NCBI GenBank assembly: GCA_965637545.1 | Contig: OZ281500.1 | Coordinates: 20,708,001 to 20,772,000 of the forward strand | DNA from: Phallusia mammillata | Lineage: Eukaryota | Direction: 5' to 3' | DNA: 64,000 bases | Part shown: one piece after another, positions 1-18,711 of the stretch | Layout: the number at the start of each line of letters is the position of its first letter | Numbering within the stretch: the stretch's first letter is position 1 | Notes under the pieces: generated by a model | The model's input: only the letters and a program-made list of their open reading frames with translations | The model's database searches: none | Told to the model about the DNA's origin: nothing | Position numbers and translations under genes: made by a program

Positions 1-217
1 AGGAGAAAGCCACGTTTAAGTGCGAACAACAAACCAACATACAGGCACTGCCAAATCAAAATCATCATCAGAGACAGACCCACCCAAGGTATGACAGTTT
101 AAGCATGAAAATGGGGGAATAACACTCTTAAGGTATTTTTAGCCGGCGTGCTCGCGAACCGTTCCTCTCCACTCTCCAACCGGCTCGTTTGTCCGACGGA
201 TAGCGAAGTTTACTAGG
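1..217 (+). CDS. Possible 3' end of an unidentified gene entering from the left edge
   Basis: Open frames at 1-88 end in a donor-like AAG|GTATG at 89; an acceptor-like TTTTTAG ends at 142 (54-nt intron) and the compatible frames stop within about 75 nt. No recognisable homology. Confidence 0.25.
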
Positions 218-2564
218 AACGCCTGCACCGGTACCCATCTCCGGTGGAATTTTAACCCCTTAGGGGCCTGGGTGGGTGACGGCGACGAATTTCTAAACCT
301 AGGTTTAGAGGTAAAGTTATTTAGCCACGCGCCACGCCTAACTAGAACGATAACTTTTGGGGATAGTGGCACGCAAATCCCATGCTCCATTCTGTCTACT
401 CTACCCCTAGTTATCGGTGCTACAAGTATCTACACCATGGCGTAACCTAATTTGTAGCACCAAAAAAACAAAAACAACCGGACCTTCAATTCGCTGGACC
501 ATACAATGACGAATGAAGGCCGCAACGCAAGTTAACCTAAAGCTATTGCCTAGAAAAAAATGTCGCATTCATTGTTGACTATAACGCGACCGCGTCTCCT
601 ATAGTTAACATCACTTTGTTCTGAGGATATCCATGATTCGCATAATCTCGAAGTGTCGATGACTTTTGATTTGTTGGATCTGAAACGAAAAACAACTAGT
701 TGGTTATAGTTGCTGTTATTTTAGTTTAAAAATATCTACCCAGATTTTTTAATGTATGAACTGTTTCAAAATGATATTTCCTAACACGTGTTTAAAAACT
801 ATTAGTTTCCGAAGTGCAGAGTTCTGTTTTTCGCTCACCACAAACTCTGTAGGAAAAAATCAAAATGCTGTCATATCTCAATCTTACACACATTACCTTG
901 AGTTTTTTAGAGTTGCCGGATAAACGTGTTTTTTAGAGTTGTCGGATAAACATCAGCCACTTCCAGAGCTTCTATGCATTTGAACTGAAAAAGGTAGTAA
1001 TATAATCCACAAGTTAACGATAACGAAAAACTTAGCATAAAAAACACATATGCCACATCGATTCGTGTCAGCTTATAAGCAACTATAGTTGTCGAAAGAT
1101 TTGGAAATTAAAAGGTTATACGCAAACTATAGTTAAAAGTCCGAATTAACCTACAACATTCATGACAAAAGCGCCATTCATAATTTACATGAAGTCTAAC
1201 CTTTGATGCTTGCCATTGTTTTCGTAACAATGTAATCAACAACATACTTCATAAAATCGAATGTTTTGCTTTTGTAGACTGCAAAACAAAGCTTTGTTAA
1301 ATAAACAGACTTCGCATAACTGGTATGCTTGTAAACCAGTTGTTTTCAATTTCTCCAAAAAAGCACAACGAATACATTTAACAAAGTTAAGTTTATTGGT
1401 GGGATATCTTATTTGGCAATTTACGGTCAAGCACCAGTTTACAGGAAAAATACTCAAGTTATATAAATTAGCTGCAACTAAATTGACCGACACACGGTGT
1501 GGCATGTAAAAAATGTAAAAAGCAACACACAGTATCCAAGTTTCATTTACTAATTTAACCATATCTTTAAACAGCATTGGGTTTAAGTTACTTACCAATT
1601 TCTGAATGTTATGCAACTTCAACCAATAGTCCTGGGATAATTCGGAGTTTTACTTTAGCAACAATTTTAACAACCACCACTTACTTAAACAAATCGAAGT
1701 GCGCTTTAGCAATTAACCCTGCCTCGCCTTGCTTCGGCCGTGTGTGACGTCATAAAAATCGCATTTTGGAACGCCAATCGACCAATCAGAGCGAAGAGCG
1801 TAATAAACGAAATGCGCTGAAACGCGGTTATGTGCGTCATTTTTGTTGAATAGGTCGTACCTTAGCTAGTTTCAAACATCTGAGCTTCAGTTTAGGTCCA
1901 ATTAGGTTCTCTGATGTAACTGATTGCACGCCTAATGTGCGTTTACTGTAAGTTTGCGTATGGAATGAATGCATCAACCACTTTTGTCCTGACTACAGTG
2001 ATCGTATAAGAACGCGCCCCGTAGCTGAAAAGTCACGTGACCAATGGCGCAGGTGTGTTATAGAGGCTAAATCAGAAATATTCCTAACATAACTATCCTC
2101 CTTTCAAGAATACTCCCTTATATTTATGTATGAAATGAAACGTACATTGACATTATTTTATGGGGCTGCTGTCTGATTGTGTATCTATTGTGGTTCAAGA
2201 AACAAATTTGTTAATCGCATAGTTTGTGTGTATAAACAGGCCCTTCGTCAGAGTGAAACAATTGTTGTTAATTAGCCTGCTGGAATTTATAATTGGCTTG
2301 ATAGAACTGATTTTAGGTGGTTAATAGGCTATATCTTTGCTACTTATTTCCATTTTGTTGGTTTAATTCTATGCTTTTCATTTCAGGTGGACCTTCATTA
2401 ATCAATTTCTAACCAGAAAATGACCCTATAAAAAGAAACTTGTGCTATTTTTTATGCAAGTTGGGACGTTGAAATTTGCTCTTCCGGCCGTTGTGACTTC
2501 TTCGTGTTAGCCCAAATTGGGCCGTGTCGGTCTGCGTATGTCTTCAACTGTCTGGTGACTGACA

Positions 2565-2925
2565 CAGTGGCGTAGGCAGCCAAAAATTTTGGGAGGGGCC
2601 AAATGATTTGTTGTCTAATACAACTTTTTGCTAACGCTCAGCGTGCTTTTACCAAACACGTGACTTGCCAAACTGTGGTTCGACGGAACAGCCAAACGCT
2701 TTATTGATTTATTCCATGTCTACATAAATAAAAAAAAGCATGGATTTCGGCTTACAACTTGGTGACAAAAGTCATTTTTGGTAATAAATATATTCCTTTG
2801 ATAGTTGAGAGACGAAACCACAATGATGAGGGACGAAACTACACTAAATTTAAGTTTATCAATGTAAAACTTTGAAAATTTGGGAGGGGCCATGGCCCTT
2901 TGGTCCCTCCCTGGCTACGCCTTTG
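2565..2925. mobile_element. hAT-type MITE, family A, copy 1
   Basis: TIRs CAGTGGCGTAG / CTACGCCTTTG; perfect 8-bp TSD GACTGACA (2557-2564, 2926-2933); near-identical inverted copy at 56225-56550. Confidence 0.9.
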
Positions 2926-4821
2926 GACTGACACAGTACTTTATTGAACTCTGTATTAACATATTATGCAAGAACTTGAGAAGAGTGAAAACAACTTGAA
3001 GAAAAGAGAACGACAGAAAGTAAAAACACCCCTAGCACCATCTGGCGCTAAACACACATAACAACGAGTTGATACGATTTTGATACAGATCTAAAACGAC
3101 GTTCAAAGACAAACGAAAGCAAACTTCCTGACACCCCTGCAACAGAAGGAAATTGCCACCACTTAATCCCGCAAACACGAACACCAAATAATCCCAAACA
3201 CAAAATGCTTGTTTGTCTCACGTCGTTTTAACGCTCATATTCGATCTTAGGCATCACTTTATTTTTGAGAAATACTCACAACAAACATGATGCTATGTCA
3301 TTTCAACCACTAAACGTCAACTGCTGAAGCAACGTAATACAACTGCAATGTGGCCATAGTCTTTACAACATGATGCTATGTCTTTACATCTCGTGCGTGC
3401 AGGACCTATATGTCCCGCGTGCGCGCGTGCACGGCCTAAAAATTGGCGTGCAAGACCAATTTCAACAGGCGCAAGGCAAGCGATAGAGTTTAAGACAGGA
3501 CAATTAACGCCTTTGGTGCAAAATCTCCGCGTGCAACGCCGAAAATTCGCCGTGCCAGAATTTTTTTGTTAAAACAAAATCGTGCGTGCAGCTGCCATAC
3601 TCTACAGACTGGGATGTGACTATGATACAAGTAAGGAAAAAAAATTGTAAAGCCCACACTCAACAGGGGAGTCCTTGAAACATACGTACGTTATTGTATC
3701 CTTTAGTAGGCATTGTAGGATACAGTGGTGTACATCTGTAGGTGCACGATGTTAATTTTGGTAATCGACTGCCGACAAACCGCACCGAACCACGGATGAT
3801 CTCACAAACTTCCACGTTTTCTCACGCACCAGTGCACATGTCGCTCATTAACCAGTAATGCTTGAGTGAGCACTGCAGGTTTTTTCTGAACTCTGAAGCC
3901 CCGGCCGTCATCGATTCTCGCTTGTTCTGATCGACAGCTAATTGGAACAAAATTATGTACCTATTGTATTGTTCACGTCACACTAACCCCACAGCTGTTT
4001 TGTAAATTCTTATGTGACAAACAACTTGGGTTGGCTTCCGACTAGTGCTGTTCGTGTTTTTTGCCTTGTCAAAAACGTATAAAATAAGATGGTTTCAATT
4101 TTCAACATAGTCTTTACATACTGTCACTGGTTAAATAAGCAAAGCCTTATTAGTCATCAACAGTCGGTCTGACTAAATTGTGACAAGGTTAAGTTTTTTA
4201 AAAAATAGGGCATGATTGATTCTGATCTAACTTCACATTCTGTTTTATTTGCTTCTTAAAATAAAGACTATGATTTCACATTTTTTCTACAAATTTCACT
4301 TTTCAAACATCAGTAGTAAGAAAAGTAGCAAAGTGAACGGTTCCGGCAGTGCAACAATTAAACTGAAATCAGTAGTACAGATTGTAAACATTTGATTTTT
4401 TTAGTTTTAAAATACCTATATGTTAAAAGTTATTTAATCTGTTGCTATACCATCAGTATTTTTTATTTGACTTAAAATGGTTTTAAATGAGCTTGCAAGC
4501 ATTGCATTGATACTTTGAAGCATATGTTGTGTTTGCCTTACATTTTACCCCGATGTTTCTTATCAGTTAAGCCAATATTGCTCTGAAGTAGGTCTAACAA
4601 CTATTTTGTTGACTACTGTGATAGTATAAGTAATATCAGTAAAACATTTATTCTTAAGGCATCAGATGAATACATCATCTGATGCCTTCAATAAACAACA
4701 AAACCATTTGTATGCATCTTTTTTAAAAGTTGTTCATATTCTATATCAAACTGATCATTGTTTTGTTTTTTCTAAGGTGCAAGAGTTTAAAAAAGGGTTT
4801 TTATATTTTTTTAACTGTAAG

Positions 4822-4879
4822 GTTTTTCTGTTAAACAATGGCATCATCCAGACAACCAGATGTTGGAGACCATGAATCG
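4822..4879 (+). other. Candidate alternative first coding exon of PAPSS (MASSRQPDVGDHES)
   Basis: AG ending at 4821, ATG at 4838 in an ACAATGG context, phase-0 donor TCG|GTAAAT at 4880 compatible with the phase-0 PAPSS exon at 7449. Confidence 0.35.
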
Positions 4880-7320
4880 GTAAATATATGTAAACTAACA
4901 TTTATTGTTTATTATAATAATGGCAGAAAATGTAATAATAAATCTTGTTAACTTTCGACTGTGAAACCTGAAACAGAACGAAATTTTACATGAATAAATT
5001 TTGTTGCAAAAATTTGTCACTTTGCCAATCCATGTTATGTGTAATCCTTTTTATTTGTCTAAATTTAATTTAAAGGTGTGTTTGTCACACCTATGTGTAA
5101 TCATTAACCTAAGATTTCTCGAAACTGGCAAGGTCATTGTGTGTAAACTATTTTTGTAAATGGAATGTTGCAATAATGAGTTGTAACTTTTATTGTCCTT
5201 ACTCATTTGATGGTAAAATGATTCATTGATGTACATAAAAGTACAATTTAAGAAATTCAACAAACCAGTTTATTATTAGTGTGTATTAAAACAGTTCAGA
5301 TTGGGAAAAACAATAACCCATAACAAAAGGTGACATTGTGTTGACTTTTTAAATCTATTCTGTGTAAGTGTGAAGCATCCAACTATCAAGTGAACTACAT
5401 GAAATGGGCTTCAATAGTACTAAGTGCTAAGGCATATGTTGTCATTGCATTGCATTGCCAGTCATGTTGCAATGCTTGGAGTTGTGACGTTTTGGGCAAA
5501 AAACCCTTTTCTGTAAGAGTGTAAGCGGTCAGTGGTAAGAAACTTTCCGCTTGTTTCATCACCATACAGCGCCGTTCTCCTTTTAAGGCAAAGTTGTTTA
5601 CCGAACCGGCGAATAAATAACGTATATATATATCGCCTACATTTTGCCAGATATCGAAATGTTTGCCTGGCGATTAGACCCAAACATTGAGACAGGCAAA
5701 GAACCGGCGTTTGTGAATAGTACAGCGGGTTTTCTTTCTCGATAATTTTGGCTTTTGACGATTGAAAAAAGGCAGAAGTGCCGGTATTTGCTTGAAAACC
5801 GGCGTATGCTGGCCAAGGCAGCCAAGCCTGTCAGGACAAAGTTTACAGAAAAAAGAACAGCACGATAGGTCGACCAAAGATTGAATTGCGCGAGTGAACA
5901 ACCTTGCTTTCCAGAAAACAGAGGCCAGCTAGTAAACAGCAAAGTTCGTTGACCCGGTAAAGTCTTTACGACCTGCAAGGTGCTGTAAATGTTGATAACT
6001 TACAAACAAACAGAATCGAACAAGCAGGTTTCTACTTTGCCCGAGGTCGTAGGCACGTCGGGTAGTAAATCTACCGCTGTACATGGCTACCAGTGCGTAA
6101 AACCTTTCTATGTAGCAACGTGGCTTGTCGGCAGTAAGATATGTTGCTGGGCAAGTTTAGTAGACATTGTTATAGAATTAGGATAACCGACGAGAAAAAA
6201 TAAGCAAGTGCTCGTACTTTGAAACATCTGATAAGTATCAGTCTTGGTTTTTGAGTTCGTCAGTTAACTGGTTTTGAATTGTTTTCCGCAGGTTGATTAG
6301 TTAAGTAAAAATAATTTGCGGTAACTTTTTTTCCTTGACGACGTAATTAAAAAGGTACGTTTTTGTTTTACTGTATTCGAATAGTTAGATGTATTGAGTG
6401 AAAACTATTATGTACTTTATGTAAGTGGGCTTGCCATTTTGCTCACGTTTTGAATAGTATATATATGCTACACAGCGTTTGAAAATCTTGCTTGACCAGT
6501 CGAACCATAACAGGCGCGTCACGAAAAGCGGCTCGTTAACAGTTCACGCTGTGAATATCATAACATGTGCATGTAAAACCGACTGACAAATGTTGTTTAT
6601 CGACATACGGTCACAACGTTGCACCTTGTGCTTCCCGTGGCACGAAACACATGTTGGCTTGACCGCATATCATAGTAAACATGCCTTCGAAACTTTTTCG
6701 GCCAAGGGTAAAACGTTGCAGCCAGCTTGCATTATTAGCTGATACATATAAAGCGAACGCAGCATTAAATATGGTCAGACTGACTGGTGGGAACGGGGTG
6801 TCTGTGGCGATGTAATTTGTTAATGTTTTTAGCTTTTCCGTTTGTCGTGATGCTAACGCAAACGAACAATTGACATATTATCGTGCGTATTGTCCCATTG
6901 TTCGATTTGCTGTACTGAATTACCTGTAGCCTCGTTGCAAATCCGGTGGACGTGGCAGAATTATACTAATCCATTGCATTGCGGTTAGAAGCTCTGCTTA
7001 CTAGACTAAGTGTCAGTTGTATCATGTGGTTGTGAACTTTTGCTGGCGTCCAGTAGCAGTGCAAAGTTCAGACTGTTAAAATCGGACGTATAAACCTATA
7101 AGTTCAGACTGTAAAATCGGATTAATAAACCAAGAGTGTAATCGGTATTGTGTGGAAGTAATAGAGTGTGTCGAATTTAATCTTTTCAGGGAAGTTTTTC
7201 TAATCCCTGACGTTTGTGTTACCAACGTTGCTCAGTTAGCCTGATTTGTTTGCACATTTAAGCTTCATCCTGACTGTTTATGCGAGCATCCCGTTGTTCG
7301 AAACGTTTATAACTTTCATT

Positions 7321-14919
<7,599 letters not shown>

Positions 14920-15369
14920 AATCCTACACCAACATGTTTACCCTATCGGTGCTTTCTGATGACACCAATCCCCTTAGCAGTGTAATGGTGACCACCAACA
15001 AACTGTAGTTAAATTTTAAATGACCAAGAACAGCAATTGTTTGCAGACAGCTTATATATATATAAGTATATGTACAACAGCAGTAATACAGTTGTTATCT
15101 TATGACATGCCCTTAAATGTATTTTAGAGTCGTACTATTTAGTTCTGTTTAAATGCACTGACTTGAACGTTGAGCTGGTTGTTGTGCCTTTTGCATGTCA
15201 AATGTTTATAAATGTAAAATAGTTCACCAGATACATATTATATCTGTGGCTGTGGGTATTTTTTGTTTACTTGTAATTGCCTTGTAGGTATTTATCTAGA
15301 ATTTGCTTATTCCATATAATTGCAACTTGTATTTGCTTGCATAATTCCAGAGTCATTAAAGTGCTGTCA

Positions 15370-15375
15370 AATAAA
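15370..15375 (+). promoter_or_regulatory. Probable PAPSS polyadenylation signal
   Basis: AATAAA about 450 nt after the PAPSS stop, following a T/GT-rich 3' UTR. Confidence 0.55.
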
Positions 15376-15412
15376 AACATTTTTCTCCACTTGGAGACAA
15401 TACGATGATATA

Positions 15413-17118
15413 CTAGTAGGAACAGTTTTCACAGTCAGGGGGAATAAAATCATAGTCTTTACATGGTGGCACAGTGCCCATAACAGTTACTCTATGTAGC
15501 ACCCTTAGCCCAGCATCTGCCACACTTGGAGGAATGGGCCCAGCCTGGTGACCAACTGCAAGATTATCAGATATAATGAAGTCACCTTCCTTCATCCATT
15601 TGTGGGAATATACCAAGGCATGATCAGTTATTGCAGTTTCAATCTCTTTGAGAATTGCAGCAGTTTCCTTAGAGATGCAAAAAGTAATGATACTGTTAGA
15701 AACAATTGTGCATGTCTAAACATAAAATGTTCAAGCACAAATAGCACTTAAATGCTACAAAAACTGTTATGTGAGGTGGTCATTTACATGTATTGATGAA
15801 AAAATTGCTAAATTATACCAGACCAGTGTTCTCAACCTTTAGGGTTTGCAGCATACTGAACAAATAACTTAAATTTGTTTCCTGTACCCTTTGAAAGCTG
15901 AAAAACATACAAAGCTATCTTTGGTAGCAAATGATTGAAATAAGTGTCAGACATTCTCATGCACGTCCACATTTCGTTAATAAACCCTTAAACATGAAAT
16001 GAGAGTAACAGAATTAAGAATCACTGCAATGGATACATAATCATTTTAAAAGCAGCACCATGGTGTGTTTAACAAAATTACATCGTCACCAACCTCTGGG
16101 CCGGTTGGTTCAAAATCTTTAATATCCTTGCTTCTGTCAAAGTCATAGACAAATGCTGTTGTCATACCAAGGTGCATACATAGAGTGGGTTTCCCAGTTT
16201 TAGGATGTTTGTAAATTAAAGGATGCACAATGTGTCCCCTACGATCGCTAACCATTGAAAGCCTTTCCCATTTACTTCTGGTTTCAGGTGAAAGTCTTCA
16301 AAAAAATACAAAACTAAAATACAAGCAGTGTACATTAACAAACTGAGCGTTTTCTGAAAGGTTCTTACTTTGAAATAATCTCTGTTAAAGGGATGAACAT
16401 TGTATCTCCACCTTGTTTTGGGACTTCCAACATGTGGTATATGGAATAGGCATATGGGCAAGATCTAAATGTCCCATCAATATGCCAACCTGACATCCCA
16501 ACTCCAGTACAACCTGCAAAAAAATACTGTCATAAAAAATTATCAAATAATCCCTAGTAAAATGCTGAAAGTCCATAAACAACAGTATATTGAGCTGAAA
16601 CAAGTCTCCGACTTAAAAATACAAAAAGATAGTAAGAAACAACTTTTGTACCCTTCTCTGGATCATTTGATACACAAAATATATCAACACATGGTGATGC
16701 TGGGTGCTTATAGAATGTAGTGTTGTCTATTTCACCAAAGTATTTGCTGATCTCAACATGCTTTGAACCACTGACTTTTCCCTGAAGAATAAGGCAGGTA
16801 CGTTATTTCCAAACACTACAATAACATTTTCTTTAAACATCATACTTTTTTTTCAGTTGTATTTATAATTTTTTTGTTTTTCTTGTTATGAATGGGTTTA
16901 AATAAGCTTTGCCAAATTACACATACATTTACTGCTACAATAAATCTAATAACTTCTTAACAAGGACTAACCTGATTACGAAAAACAACAAGCCTGTGTT
17001 TTGTTACATCCTTCTTTATTTGCTGAATAACTGCCTGCTCCAACGGTTGATTAAGGTTTAATCCAAAAACCTCTAAACCAATAGGCAGCACCTTTGATGT
17101 GTAAAATTTAGTGGCCAT
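15413..17118 (-). CDS. TauD/TfdA-family Fe(II)/2-oxoglutarate-dependent dioxygenase, ~292 aa
   Basis: Exons 17118-16972, 16781-16652, 16513-16369, 16295-16094, 15667-15413 join in frame. N-terminal PIGLEVFGLNL..HRLVVFRNQ, HxD motif GWHIDGTF, GGDTMF, HPLIYKHPKTGKPTL, KWMKEGDFIISDNLAVGH (distal His) and LHRVT (2OG-binding Arg). Confidence 0.9.
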
Positions 17119-18711
17119 CAGACACACACGTCTGATTTTTTACCACAAAAATACATATAGTTAAATATATATTAAACCAAATCATTTAAGCATACGGTCA
17201 AGTCAAGTCACAATTTTATTAGCATTTTCACTTTATCCAATTGTCATTGATGAATATAGTTGGCTAAATGATGATCAATCAAAAGTACACGGAAATTATG
17301 TGAAAAGTTTGGTGTCGTGTCGTGCAACAACCGACCCAATCAAAAAGGGAGTATCCCCTGTTTGGTTTGTCCGAAATAAAAACAATACACATGTATAAAT
17401 TTTTTATTATTTATTTAGTAAAACCGTTTGTAAGTTCTGAAATACAAAGTTCTAATTTACTATATAATTTTGCACAACAATTCATCTCATTTAGGACTTT
17501 TTTCGGCGATCAAGATTACGAAAAACGGAACACTGCCTGACGTCCTGGTTGGACAAACGGACATGGCTTATGCGTCGAACCAACCATACTGTTTACCTAC
17601 CGACTTCTTCTGTGAACGCTGGTTCAATCTATTGAAATCTTAATACAGTAATTCGTATTTCAATATCTCCCCGTATATCCGATACTGCTAGATATCTTCT
17701 CGATACCATTAGACATGCACCCCCTTTTATAAGCATAGCCACAAACGTCTTTTCATTTTTCTTTTTTTTTGAAAAACTTGAAAATTGGTCTATAAACTGT
17801 AAATACATACACTCAATGGCTGCAAGTTTGTTGCACTTTATTCTGCCTTTACCGTGGGCGTTTTCTTAAATGTAAATTGCAAGCCTGATTTGTGCATTCT
17901 GTAGTTATTCGTGAAACCGTAAACGAAATTTTTATTGTAAACTCAATGCCACACAAAAACCAGGGCAATAGCAAAAAAAGCTTTCTGGGTTTCCCGCAGT
18001 CGACGAAACAAGGCTTGGCACAAAACAAGACAGGTGACAGTGCTTAAAGGTTTGAGATACTACATTAAAGTGACGGTTATTTGGTGGTGCCAAAACTTTG
18101 GTTCTTCATGAAAGGCACTCGACAGGTCTAAGACCAGCGTTTGTTTTTGCGGAACAAGTTACGTTTCAACACAAAAACTAAACAAACTCAACACCAATTC
18201 AACACATCTACAGAAAACTAACAAACACAAGAATGCTTACGTTAAGGGATTTGAAGGTATTAGGGGCGGCCAACAATCAAACATAGCATAGCTTCATGTT
18301 TAGGAAGAAATCAAATCATTACGGGTGCATCTGTGTGCAACCAGCATGTTGCGTTGCATAGCATTGCATCAACTCATAATCTCTGCTCTAGCCCATTCCA
18401 AATTCCGACACACAACCACTGTGGCCAAAAAGGGGTACAGAAGTATCAGGCATACACACAGGCACATACATATAGGATTTGTGCCACTGCCCAGTTGATG
18501 CAAGCGACCGTTACATTAAAAATACAAATGTTTTAATATCCGGTAACAAACAGAACACCAAGCAAAAACGGGTCTATATATCCCGTCAGACACGCAATGG
18601 TTCGGACAAGAAAGCTAAAGAACTGTTAGACCATGTCCAAAGTGTCCAATTAAAGAAGGTTGTAGTTTTTTTGTTTGTTTTTTTGATAGTGCACAAAGCT
18701 GAAATACGGAT

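Noticed and set aside
1236-1622. 128-codon minus-strand frame with a YWLK..F..MVKLV stretch faintly like a transposase C-terminus
   Set aside because: No ATG start, no clear downstream conserved motif and no TIRs found; at best a decayed remnant.
5462-6186. Several overlapping ORFs upstream of PAPSS
   Set aside because: No homology or consistent splice structure; the region looks like promoter and 5' UTR sequence.
17601-17710. ATG-initiated frame in the TauD-like leader that would join exon 2 if one TAG were read through
   Set aside because: Needs both the weaker donor and readthrough; the downstream ATG at 17118 already gives a full TauD fold.
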